Source of the DNA: Candidatus Lokiarchaeum ossiferum
Lineage (GTDB): Archaea > Asgardarchaeota > Lokiarchaeia > Sigyniarchaeales > Promethearchaeaceae
Assembly: GCA_025839675.1 (NCBI GenBank)
Contig: CP104013.1
Span: forward strand, 3,630,001 to 3,662,000
Length of the DNA: 32,000 bases
Direction: 5' to 3'
The position numbers and the translations under genes were made by a program. The notes below the pieces were generated by a model. That model searched no databases. It worked only from the letters and a program-made list of their open reading frames with translations, and was not told where the DNA came from. This document shows positions 17,501 through 25,171 of the stretch, piece after piece. Positions within the stretch are counted from its first letter, which is position 1, and each line of letters starts with the position of its first letter.

Positions 17501-19729
17501 ATTGGAGATGTAGATAATGATAACAACAATGAAATTATTATTGCTTCGCCTGGAACTATCTTCTGTGTGGATAGCGAAACCGGAATTCAAGAATGGGAAC
17601 GATCTGGTTCTTGGGCAGAAAAAACTTCTCCTTTCATAGTAGATGCTGATAGTGATGGCATAGTTGAAGTTTTGATTGGAACTGAACAAGGGGAACTGAT
17701 GTGTCTAAATGGGATAGATGCTAGTTTGGAATGGTCCTTTTATGTTCCAGGATCTATTCAGTCATCCCCTATGGTTGCAGATTTAAATTCAGACGGATAT
17801 GGAGAGATTATTTTTGCTTCTAATGATGGGACGGTACATTGTATTAATGCACGAGCAGATATGAATTCGATTGGTCTATTATGGCCTTGTTATGGAGGTT
17901 CTCTGATTTCTGGATCAAATATAATTGATCTTGATCATAATTCTATACCAGATCGAATTGAAAGGACAATTCCGCCTCTTGATACTGATCATGATGGTTT
18001 AAGTGATATTGACGAATCGAAGTATTTCACTGATCCATTAAATCCTGATACTGATGGAGATGGAATGACAGATGGTTGGGAAGTTCAGAATTTTCTTAAT
18101 CCAATAAATTCTTCTGATCAATACCTTGATTTCGATAATGACGGATTATCTAATCTTTTAGAATATAGCATTAACACTGAAGCAGATAATGAAGATTCAG
18201 ATAATGATGGACTTTCTGATGGCGACGAATATTATATTTATTACACTGATCCTGTTGATAGTGATTCAGATAATGACTTTGTAAGTGATGGGGAAGAAAT
18301 AATCGATCTTCAAACAGATCCTGCTAATTCTGATTCAGATAATGATTTTATTTTGGATGGAATTGAATTATGGATATCTACAGATCCTTTGAATCCAGAT
18401 ACTGATGTTGATGGTCTTTCTGATGGCTGGGAAGCATTTAATGGTTTAGATTATCATGATTTTGATAGTGATGCTGATGGTCTTTCTGATGGTTGGGAGA
18501 TTACTCATGGTTTTAATCCTAGCAATCCTGATATGGATGGTGATAGTTTGATAGATGGATGGGAAATTGTTAACAATTTCAATCCATTTAATCCTTTTGA
18601 TGCGGACTATGATCTTGATTCTGATGGCTTATCTAATATTGAAGAAATCTTGATTGGAACAGATATGAATAACAACGATACAGATTTAGATACCCTCTCT
18701 GATGGTTGGGAAGTAGCAAATGGTTTAAATCCCCTATTATTTGATACTGATAATGATACCCTCTCTGATGGCTGGGAAGTAGCAAATGGTTTAAATCCAC
18801 TCGCATTTGATACTGATAATGATACCCTCTCTGATGGCTGGGAAGTAGCAAATGGTTTAAATCCACTCGCATTTGATACTGATAATGATACCCTCTCTGA
18901 TGGCTGGGAAATAGAATATGGATCAAATCCTTTACTAGAAGATAGTGATTTTGATGGATTATTTGACAGCTGGGAACTATATTTAGGGACCGATTTAATT
19001 TGTAATGATACGGATCAAGATGGAATGGCTGATGGTTGGGAATACTTCAATAATTTATCCCCTCTAAATCCCATTGATGCCAACATTGATCTAGATGGAG
19101 ATGGTTTTTCGAACTTGGAAGAATTTTTAGCTGGGACGAATCCTCATGTGGAGCAATCACTACAACCATATGTTCAGTTTTTATCATCTTCAATCGATAT
19201 AATGGATGATAAGAAGAACAAAGACTATAGTTTGAAATGGAAGGTTGATCGAAACAATGTTGATATTCTACCATACAAACTTGCTATATTTAATCAAGTG
19301 ATTTTTGAAAATGTGGATAATTCTTCTAATCAAGAATTTATTTATGAAATTGAAGATGTGTCTTATAAGATGAATTCCAAATCAATCGTTGTTCATTGGA
19401 TGCTAAATGGTCAAGAATGTGAACTTACGATTAATGATGAGATTGTAATTCTAAAGATCGAAGAAAAATCATATATATGGGAACCCGACCAGTTTACCTA
19501 TTTCAATTTTGAGACGAATGTACTTGATTTATCCTTTACATTAGCTGTTGGCGACTCAGAAGTGAGTGAAATTGAAAGTTCGTTGTCAATTTCGTTCGAA
19601 ATAAAATCAAATTTCAAGATTTTAGAAGATTCTATCAATGCAAATATTTTAGCCATCATTAATATCTTTGGTTCAATAGGAATTTTTGCATATACACTTT
19701 TTAAACGAAGATCAAGAAATAATCTCTAA
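14546..19729 (+). CDS. Giant cell-surface protein: 2 x (8-bladed FG-GAP/PQQ-like beta-propeller + thrombospondin-type-3-like Ca-binding repeat array), C-terminal TM anchor
   Basis: The ORF is open 14528-19729 (TTG at 14528); the first ATG is 14546. N-terminal hydrophobic segment FVYFMILMGCICSS. There are sixteen ~47-aa blades with GD(I/V)DGDG and (L/I/V)YC(L/I)(N/D)GxxGxxxW motifs. Many DxDxDGxxDxWE repeats follow each propeller. The C-terminus is ILAIINIFGSIGIFAYTLF-KRRSRNNL. Confidence 0.85.
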   Translation: MNNRKVLRKPQKFVYFMILMGCICSSSLITSRLIIREEISMEKTNPISIEFTEEEMSFSSIASLSASDITLWDEKWALNLFEPENEYFWTRSSPGAYDVDKDGVLEIIMNYEEMYCINGETGEIEWIFESFSHLYYSSPVINDIDSDGTFEIVTGSGGNQIYCINGEDGSLQWANYDTHSGAQTVPALGDIDGDGIQDVLVGVNDDNLYCLNGSDGEVLWSYSGKDMIKCNPSVGDIDGDGYLEVMFGDDSGVLYCVDHEGKLLWTSSFNEEFNWNSLLLGDIDSSGYLNIICSVGSLTYCLNANDGSILWDFNHGYSNYFGITPVLGDVTGDGNYNVVIPGQNSVYCLDSSSGELIWEHNVDWSDKTSPVLCDFDGDSFIEIIYGDETGSIISLDGLTGNEEWNSLSYGSIHSSPIVCDVDFDGLADLVFGTDLGDLYCLNGLGSPRSQPIPWPCYGGSSLHCSNLVDLNNDFIPDYYEMSLGPLDSDHDRLSDNDEAIYFTDPLNPDTDGDGMIDGWEVRYFLNPLVDDGLLDKDNDGLVNIDELLYECDPTNPDSDFDQLLDGQEIFIYFTNPLSPDTDQDELNDYFEVNYFGSNPNYLDSDYDGIPDGWEVDFGFNPCNISDATTDDDNDGLINLIEFILNSDPLISDSDNDGIIDGNEYFNYASSPIIYDTDNDNLGDGQEILNYFTSPVNEDTDNDGYQDGLEINLGLDPLNSHDPIVGFSGDIGEEAWMSQVYYTNDENFWTRSNPVIFDVDNDGQLEVIINFESVYCLNSLTGEIEWKFDGVLHMQYSSPVIDDVDGDGTFEILTGSGGNQVYCINGEDGSLQWLNYDTQSGAQTVPAIGDVDGDGIKEVFIGVNDNRLYCLNGENGDYKWSFNGFGMIRCNPSLGDIDNDGYLNILFGDDSGTLFCLNPDGSLVWNKYLGNSFSYNTVILGDINNNGMIEVIVSVGSNTYCIDGHNGDTKWVFNHQYQDWMGIDPVIGDVDNDNNNEIIIASPGTIFCVDSETGIQEWERSGSWAEKTSPFIVDADSDGIVEVLIGTEQGELMCLNGIDASLEWSFYVPGSIQSSPMVADLNSDGYGEIIFASNDGTVHCINARADMNSIGLLWPCYGGSLISGSNIIDLDHNSIPDRIERTIPPLDTDHDGLSDIDESKYFTDPLNPDTDGDGMTDGWEVQNFLNPINSSDQYLDFDNDGLSNLLEYSINTEADNEDSDNDGLSDGDEYYIYYTDPVDSDSDNDFVSDGEEIIDLQTDPANSDSDNDFILDGIELWISTDPLNPDTDVDGLSDGWEAFNGLDYHDFDSDADGLSDGWEITHGFNPSNPDMDGDSLIDGWEIVNNFNPFNPFDADYDLDSDGLSNIEEILIGTDMNNNDTDLDTLSDGWEVANGLNPLLFDTDNDTLSDGWEVANGLNPLAFDTDNDTLSDGWEVANGLNPLAFDTDNDTLSDGWEIEYGSNPLLEDSDFDGLFDSWELYLGTDLICNDTDQDGMADGWEYFNNLSPLNPIDANIDLDGDGFSNLEEFLAGTNPHVEQSLQPYVQFLSSSIDIMDDKKNKDYSLKWKVDRNNVDILPYKLAIFNQVIFENVDNSSNQEFIYEIEDVSYKMNSKSIVVHWMLNGQECELTINDEIVILKIEEKSYIWEPDQFTYFNFETNVLDLSFTLAVGDSEVSEIESSLSISFEIKSNFKILEDSINANILAIINIFGSIGIFAYTLFKRRSRNNL
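14795..16130 (+). repeat. Intragenic duplication, copy A (propeller + first TSP3-like repeats)
   Basis: ...ENEYFWTRSSPGAYDVDKDGVLEII... through ...FTDPLNPDTDGDGMIDGWEVRYFLNP parallels copy B residue for residue (~70% identity in the stretches I compared). This includes a shared 45-nt exact DNA match, ATTTCACTGATCCATTAAATCCTGATACTGATGGAGATGGAATGA. Confidence 0.8.
16775..18100 (+). repeat. Intragenic duplication, copy B (offset ~1,980 nt from copy A)
   Basis: ...DENFWTRSNPVIFDVDNDGQLEVII... through ...FTDPLNPDTDGDGMTDGWEVQNFLNP has the same order of eight blades and the same PWPCYGGS linker as copy A. Confidence 0.8.
18689..18910 (+). repeat. In-frame 66-bp tandem repeat, ~3.3 copies (22-aa unit DTLSDGWEVANGLNPL(L/A)FDTDN)
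   Basis: Unit starts at 18689, 18755, 18821 and 18887. Units 18755-18820 and 18821-18886 are identical. The first unit differs at a few bases and the fourth diverges after GATGGCTGGGAA. Confidence 0.95.
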
Positions 19730-19739
19730 TTTTTTTTTT
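19730..19739 (+). terminator. T10 tract directly after the giant-protein stop
   Basis: TAA (19727-19729) is followed by TTTTTTTTTT. Confidence 0.45.
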
Positions 19740-19858
19740 ATCATTTATTTTGAATTGCTCATCATCCCTATAATTGATCTGGGTTAATTCTCATGGATAT
19801 TGAACATTTTTTTTACACTAAATAAATATAAAAAAATATTGAAGTAATTATGCAAATA

Positions 19859-22450
19859 TCAAACTAAAAGTTCTGATACTGTATCTGATTTTTGATGGGA
19901 TTCAATCGATTTCCCTTTTTTGACTCCAATATAGAAAATAAGTGATGAAATCACAAACAGAACCGCTAGCTGAAGAATCAATGGAACATATGTGATAGTT
20001 AGAAAATTCTGCCAGATTAAATCTGGGGAGATCATCAGGTTTTCTACTTTGATAACAAAATCCATAAAGAAAATGAGAATTCCAAACAAAGTACCAAAAA
20101 TTATCCCAATGAATACTCCGATCACATAAATTATTGTGGTTTCAAAGAACATTATTTTCCAGAAAGATTTATTGTCCAAACCTCGAATGAAGAGGGTTTT
20201 ATTAATCACTTGGTTTTCTTGAAACAACAAAACCTCGGCAATACCAACTAAAATTGCGATTATAATTAGTGAAAATTGTAAAAATTGTGCTAAAATTTGA
20301 TAGAATTCATAGGTTCCTAACATAGCTTGTAATGAGGCATCCGTTTCAATTTCGGTCAAAAATGTTACTGAAAGTCCAAATTTTGAGTTGAATAGTATAC
20401 TGATTGAAATAAGCAACGCAGAAATTGTGCTAATCGACATCAAAATATTTCGCCATTTCCTTTTTCCAATTATCTCCAAACTCACAAACACATTAAGATC
20501 CTTTAGAAAAACATAGGAACTCGTTTGAATTAATTTAGCAAATATCTGAGGTTTCTCCTCAATTATAATCCGGGAAATTCCAACAATAAGGCATATCATT
20601 CCTAGTAAGGGTAATAATTCGAGGGCTGGTCCCCAAAATATGAAAAATCTCACAATATCCTTAAAAAAATCCGATAGGGTAATGTTGTAAGAAAGGTAAA
20701 TAAGAAGATAGACTAAAAGTGAGAATATTCCAAGTAGAAATAGAGCAAATGTTAGTTTAGTATAATTTGATTTGATTTTCAAGGGGGTTTTTTGAAATTT
20801 GGATAAATTATGGTAAGTTTCGAAAGGGTTATCTAATTCATTCGAATCATCTGTTTGGTCGGGTAAATCGTTGTCATCTCCCAAATCATTAAAAATTTCA
20901 TTTTCTTCACTATTTTTCGAAGAATATCGCGAAGTTAAAGTTCGGTTAAATCCATCGTAATGGGTTTTTTTAATTTTTCTTAGAAGGGGGGTAGAAATAA
21001 GCATATTTAGAATGATCCCAAAGAGAAATGAGAGTAAAATAGTTCGAAGGGTTATAAAGGGTAACAATATTGAAGGGGTATCATTATAAAATTGCTCTCC
21101 GACGATAAACCAATACCCGTAAAACAAGGCAAACCCAAGAATATCCCCCAATATTGCCTCTCCGATACCTACGATGCACGATTCCGATAAAATTTGATTT
21201 CGAATGGTTTTAATGGGGACTCCTTTTAACCGAAGGAAGAAAATTTCTTCCATACGTTTTTTTTCAAATGAGTTCTGAAAACTTAATCCAAAAATAATAG
21301 AAAAACAAATAATAGGTAAATTCATTAATTGCAGAATCGTCCTGGTTTGACCAACATCCCGCAAAAAATTGTCAAGATTCATTCCTAATACAAATTGGAT
21401 TCCCATGTTAATCGGAATTTGTTTAGTTATATTGGCAATCTTTACATCCAAAACCTTGGTTTCAGAAGAAATTTTCCTATATTGAATGTTCTCTCTATCA
21501 TAAATTAAAAAATAGCCTGATTTGGTGATCACTCTGTCTAAATACCCAAAATATGACGTATTCTTGATTTCCGCAAATAAATTTTGAACCGGATGCCCTA
21601 TATCTGGACCCGAAAAATTATAATATGTGAAAATTGCGGGTTTATCAATCAGCGCATTTTCTTGATAGGGTTTTTCAACAAGGTAATCATCTTGGGAATA
21701 AGAATATCGAAAATCTTCTTGATTAAGTGAGAAGGTGTATTCTTGAGGAACATATATTCCCGCTATGGTGATTTTATCGAGTGAAAAATTGCCTAAATTG
21801 ATGTACAACCGAGCATACCGCCAATAGCGAACAAACATAGAGCCAATTCGGATTGATAAATTAGTTGTATCACCCGCGTTTAAACCATATTTTGTGGCTG
21901 TTCCGTAGTCTATCAAAATTTCATTTGGTGATTTTGGACTCGAACCGTTTATTATTTGGAAGTAATTAGTAAAACGTGATGAATTGTATAAATCGGTATC
22001 AGCAAACACAAATGAGAGTTCTGTCGCATTGGATCTTTTCTTATATCCTAATTCTGAAGAAATATCTGTGAAGTTGAGATCAGGATAATTCGGATCAGAT
22101 ATAAATGCTGCATCCCAAATACTTAATCCATACTTACATGTTTTTATAAGATCCAACTCGGTTTCATTTAAGATCGTATCAATTCTTTCATTGGTTTCAT
22201 TGAAAAGATTAGTATAATGCATATTGGTGGTGCAATACCTTGTTCCTTCTAGATCATACCAAATTGCGTGAGAATGCGAAATCTCAATATCAGAGATATC
22301 TTTGAAAAAGGAATCATAGTTATTTTTTAGACTGTCTTCATAAAAGTAGTTTAAACCCGAAACCACTGCAATAGAGAGAATCAAGCAGATCGCTGTAGGG
22401 ATATGAATTTTCTTTTTTAACGAAAGGAGCTGGAATTTAATTGCTTTCAC
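19859..22450 (-). CDS. ABC transporter permease with two FtsX domains (863 aa; MacB/YbbP/BceB-type architecture) and large extracytoplasmic domain
   Basis: GTG start at 22450. After the N-terminal TM comes a ~320-aa sequon-rich extracytoplasmic region. The first FtsX block follows (EKKRMEEIFFLRLKGVPIKTIRNQILSESCIVGIGEAILG), then an acidic linker, more TMs, and a second FtsX-like block (NKTLFIRGLDNKSFWKIMFFETTIIYVIGVFIGIIFG). Confidence 0.8.
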   Translation of the reverse strand: MKAIKFQLLSLKKKIHIPTAICLILSIAVVSGLNYFYEDSLKNNYDSFFKDISDIEISHSHAIWYDLEGTRYCTTNMHYTNLFNETNERIDTILNETELDLIKTCKYGLSIWDAAFISDPNYPDLNFTDISSELGYKKRSNATELSFVFADTDLYNSSRFTNYFQIINGSSPKSPNEILIDYGTATKYGLNAGDTTNLSIRIGSMFVRYWRYARLYINLGNFSLDKITIAGIYVPQEYTFSLNQEDFRYSYSQDDYLVEKPYQENALIDKPAIFTYYNFSGPDIGHPVQNLFAEIKNTSYFGYLDRVITKSGYFLIYDRENIQYRKISSETKVLDVKIANITKQIPINMGIQFVLGMNLDNFLRDVGQTRTILQLMNLPIICFSIIFGLSFQNSFEKKRMEEIFFLRLKGVPIKTIRNQILSESCIVGIGEAILGDILGFALFYGYWFIVGEQFYNDTPSILLPFITLRTILLSFLFGIILNMLISTPLLRKIKKTHYDGFNRTLTSRYSSKNSEENEIFNDLGDDNDLPDQTDDSNELDNPFETYHNLSKFQKTPLKIKSNYTKLTFALFLLGIFSLLVYLLIYLSYNITLSDFFKDIVRFFIFWGPALELLPLLGMICLIVGISRIIIEEKPQIFAKLIQTSSYVFLKDLNVFVSLEIIGKRKWRNILMSISTISALLISISILFNSKFGLSVTFLTEIETDASLQAMLGTYEFYQILAQFLQFSLIIIAILVGIAEVLLFQENQVINKTLFIRGLDNKSFWKIMFFETTIIYVIGVFIGIIFGTLFGILIFFMDFVIKVENLMISPDLIWQNFLTITYVPLILQLAVLFVISSLIFYIGVKKGKSIESHQKSDTVSELLV

Positions 22451-22529
22451 CTGGTAAAAATGTAACCTTTGTAGAAAACAAAGATTGATTTCTTATTAAT
22501 TAACCATAAAAAATACTCACAATTTTGAG

Positions 22530-22539
22530 AAAAAAAAAA
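22530..22539 (-). terminator. T10 tract (minus strand) between the two permease genes
   Basis: The A10 run on + (22530-22539) is T10 on the minus strand, 30 nt downstream of the 438-aa permease stop. AT-rich promoter-like sequence follows before the 863-aa gene. Confidence 0.35.
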
Positions 22540-22568
22540 TAAAGTGTATTTTTTTATATCATTTAAGA

Positions 22569-23885
22569 TTACTCCATTCTTAAGGTTTCTACGGGGGGTT
22601 TTTGGGAAGCCCTATAGGCAGGTAAGAATCCAAAAATAACCGTCGTACCCAACCCGAATCCAATTGCCGAGAAAACTAAGCTCAAAGAAAGTGTGATGGT
22701 AATTCCTCCTCCCCCACTCAAGTGGCCTAAAATTCCCGAAGTTCCATCTACACTTCCTAGAAATGAACTAGCAACGTTTCCAAATATAAAACCCAATCCA
22801 ATACCTAAAATAGATCCAAGAAGCCCGATGAGAAGAACCTCAGTGAGAAAAATACTCAAAAGGGTCCTGTCCTTCATTCCTAATGCCTTCAATATTCCAA
22901 TTTCTCGAGTGCGTTGCATCAGGGAGATCGTCATAATATTCATAATACCTATTCCCGCCACAAATAAGGATATGGCTGCAATTCCTGTCAAGAAAAGCTG
23001 AATAGTTTCAAAGGTTGATGCCATTGTACTAATGATTTGAGTCGCAGATAAAATTCTGACCTCATTATCAAACATAGTTTCAATCACTTCAATAGTACTT
23101 GCAATTACTTCCTCACTGTCTGAATCCAATTTAATTAAGTAGTAGGAAACAATTTCCGTATCTTCAGGATCAAATAAAAATCGATAATAATCAAGCGGAA
23201 CATAAATCCCTAAATCTGAGGTTCCCCCAATAAAGCTAGAACCTCCTATTTCTTGCAGCGATGCTGATATATTTAATGTAATTTCTTGGGATTGTATTCC
23301 TGTTTCTGTAAAAGTTTGGACTGTAAATGTGATATTATCTCCTGCGCTATAGAATGTAGTTCCATTTTCCCAAGGATCATGAAGCGTGTTTCCAATTATT
23401 GCCTCTGTTGCATTATTTTCCAATGGTATTTCTCCTACATTCGCTTTAAATGAAGAGGTGACAGTAGAATAATCCTCGAAATCGAAGCCGTAAATAGTTA
23501 CCATCTCATCAATCCCATCCATGGTTATTTTTCGCGTAATAACTGGTACTACTTTTTCAACATGAGCGATTTCATCCAATATATCGCTAGTGTTCAAATA
23601 TAGTTCAAAACTTTCATCAACTGTCTCTGTTGCACTTGATGGGGGTTTTCCTCCACCCCCCATTCCTCTTCTATCACTGATTGCAATAGATTTACTCATA
23701 ACAAGGGTGTCTGCATCCAAAGTATCAAAATTTGATGCAACATTACGTTCAAACCCGGCTCCAAGGGATTGCAATGAAACAATTGCAGCAATACCAATGA
23801 TTATACCAAGCATGGTTAGGAAGGTTTGACGTTTCCGAGTTTTTAGTGTTTTCAAAGCACTTTGAAAAATATCCGCGATTAGCAT
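22569..23885 (-). CDS. ABC transporter permease, MacB/LolC-like (single FtsX domain, extracytoplasmic domain between TM1 and TM2)
   Basis: The 438-aa product starts with MLIADIFQSALKTLKTRKRQTFLTMLGIIIGIAAIVSLQSLG, a typical MacB-family N-terminus. FtsX block: QRTREIGILKALGMKDRTLLSIFLTEVLLIGLLGSILG. Its start overlaps the ATPase stop (TAATG). Confidence 0.88.
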   Translation of the reverse strand: MLIADIFQSALKTLKTRKRQTFLTMLGIIIGIAAIVSLQSLGAGFERNVASNFDTLDADTLVMSKSIAISDRRGMGGGGKPPSSATETVDESFELYLNTSDILDEIAHVEKVVPVITRKITMDGIDEMVTIYGFDFEDYSTVTSSFKANVGEIPLENNATEAIIGNTLHDPWENGTTFYSAGDNITFTVQTFTETGIQSQEITLNISASLQEIGGSSFIGGTSDLGIYVPLDYYRFLFDPEDTEIVSYYLIKLDSDSEEVIASTIEVIETMFDNEVRILSATQIISTMASTFETIQLFLTGIAAISLFVAGIGIMNIMTISLMQRTREIGILKALGMKDRTLLSIFLTEVLLIGLLGSILGIGLGFIFGNVASSFLGSVDGTSGILGHLSGGGGITITLSLSLVFSAIGFGLGTTVIFGFLPAYRASQKPPVETLRME

Positions 23886-24613
23886 TAGATTTTTTCCTCC
23901 ACATGCAACAAATCTTTTGGTGTTTCAAATTCTTCCACCGTGATATCTTGGCTGATTTTTCCATCAAGAAAATATATTGTCCGATGTGCATATTTTGCCA
24001 CGATTGGGTCGTGAGTAACGATGATGATTGTTGTCTGAAATTTGCTATTCAAGTTATTAATGAGGTTCATTATATCATCTCTTGTACGGGTATCAACATT
24101 CCCTGTTGGTTCGTCGAGTAACAAGAAATATGGATCTTGAGCTAAAGCACGAGCGATAGCTACTCTTTGCTTTTGGCCCCCGCTCAATTCGGATGGTTTA
24201 TGGCTACTTCGATCCGCCAAGCCAACATCGCTCATGATTTTTTGTGATTTGAGTCTTCGTTCTTCCCTTGGAATTTTCTGGATACTCATAGCCAGTTCCA
24301 CATTTTCCAAGGCATTCAGCCTTTCTATTAAATTATAAGATTGAAAAACGAAACCGATCCGCTGTCTTTGTTCTGCGAGTTCATCTTTCGTCATCTTAGA
24401 TATATCTTTTCCAGATAACTTAATTACTCCCTCTGTTGGTTTGTCCAATGCTCCGATCATATTAAGAAACGTAGATTTGCCTGATCCGGAAGGACCAAGA
24501 ATGGCCACAAATTCTCCTTCGTTTATTTGAGCGTTAACACCCGCTAATGCTTGTATAGATATTTTGCCTTGGGAATAAAATTTTTTTAAATTAATTGTTT
24601 CAATAACTGCCAT
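23885..24613 (-). CDS. ABC transporter ATP-binding protein, MacB/LolD-type
   Basis: 242 aa. Walker A GPSGSGKST, signature LSGGQKQRVAIARAL, Walker B LLLDEPTGNVD, H-loop VTHD. The N-terminal IETINLKKFY...ALAGVNAQINEGEFVAILG is typical of the LolD/MacB NBD family. Confidence 0.92.
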   Translation of the reverse strand: MAVIETINLKKFYSQGKISIQALAGVNAQINEGEFVAILGPSGSGKSTFLNMIGALDKPTEGVIKLSGKDISKMTKDELAEQRQRIGFVFQSYNLIERLNALENVELAMSIQKIPREERRLKSQKIMSDVGLADRSSHKPSELSGGQKQRVAIARALAQDPYFLLLDEPTGNVDTRTRDDIMNLINNLNSKFQTTIIIVTHDPIVAKYAHRTIYFLDGKISQDITVEEFETPKDLLHVEEKI

Positions 24614-24850
24614 TGATTTACTTCTCTCCCTTTTTTTACCAAACCGTACTCTTTGTAATATTAGGTTGTTTTTTTTAGCCTTTCTAACACCATAAACATA
24701 AATTTATTCTTTTCTATCAAAAACCGATGATTTTTGAGGAATCCTAGATTAACATAATTGGGATCTCTATTTAAACAGTGTCGGACCAAAGGTTCATTTT
24801 GGAGGAACAATGGTCCCGATACAATTAAATTGGTTCGCGGGATTGATCGT

Positions 24851-25150
24851 ATGGGAGCCACAAAATATCGCACATCAAATTTGATAATTCAAGATATTTT
24901 GGAGGGAATTCTTCGAGTTGAACAAGAAAACTTACATGTAAAAAACGGGATCATCAAATCGCATCTAATTAAATATACTGCTCTGAAAACTGCTACTGCC
25001 GAAAAATATCTCCAAAAAATGGAGAAAGCAGGTTATATAACATCTCAAGAAGAAGCGTGGGGAGAACGAAAAATAATCGTCTATCATACCACCCCCACCG
25101 GTCGCGAACGCTATCAATGGTTTGTAAAAATTAATGCTGAAATCGAATGA
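24851..25150 (+). CDS. Small winged-helix transcriptional regulator (99 aa)
   Basis: From ATG 24851 the product reads MGATKYRTSNLIIQDILEGIL...KSHLIKYTALKTATAEKYLQKMEKAGYITSQEE...IVYHTTPTGRERYQWF, an HTH plus beta-wing pattern. The ORF-track start 24758 is a TTG adding 31 non-homologous-looking residues. The gene is divergent from the MacB-type ABC operon. Confidence 0.65.
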   Translation: MGATKYRTSNLIIQDILEGILRVEQENLHVKNGIIKSHLIKYTALKTATAEKYLQKMEKAGYITSQEEAWGERKIIVYHTTPTGRERYQWFVKINAEIE

Positions 25151-25171
25151 AACAAATTGGGAGAAAAATCA

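Noticed and set aside
18689-18910. 66-bp tandem repeats considered as a possible CRISPR-like array
   Set aside because: The units are directly adjacent with no unique spacers. They are in frame within a long coding sequence and encode the same Ca-binding repeat as the surrounding protein.
18633-18926. 97-aa minus-strand ORF with its own internal repeats (LLPSHQRGYHYQYQMRVDLNH x3)
   Set aside because: Its repeats are simply the reverse-complement reading of the 66-bp tandem repeat in the giant gene. The sense frame encodes canonical DxDxD...GWE repeats continuous with the flanking protein.
15036-19274. Minus-strand ORFs within the giant gene (15036-15350, 15723-15941, 16360-16542, 17411-17689, 19047-19274)
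   Set aside because: They are antisense shadows of a continuous 5.2-kb ORF with highly periodic, motif-rich translation. The His/Gln/Asn-rich shadow peptides have no structure.
22693-24121. Plus/minus ORFs 22693-23001, 23590-23829, 23749-23991 and 23846-24121 overlapping the MacB permease and ATPase genes
   Set aside because: They are out-of-frame or antisense overlaps of genes with complete Walker/FtsX motifs. The Pro/Ile-rich shadow composition mirrors Gly-rich sense codons.
24781-24819. Inverted repeat TCGGACC...GGTCCCGA upstream of the small wHTH gene as an operator
   Set aside because: It gives only 7 bp with a bulge and a 24-nt spacer, which is not distinguishable from chance. It also overlaps the GGAGG-led short ORF, which is reported separately.
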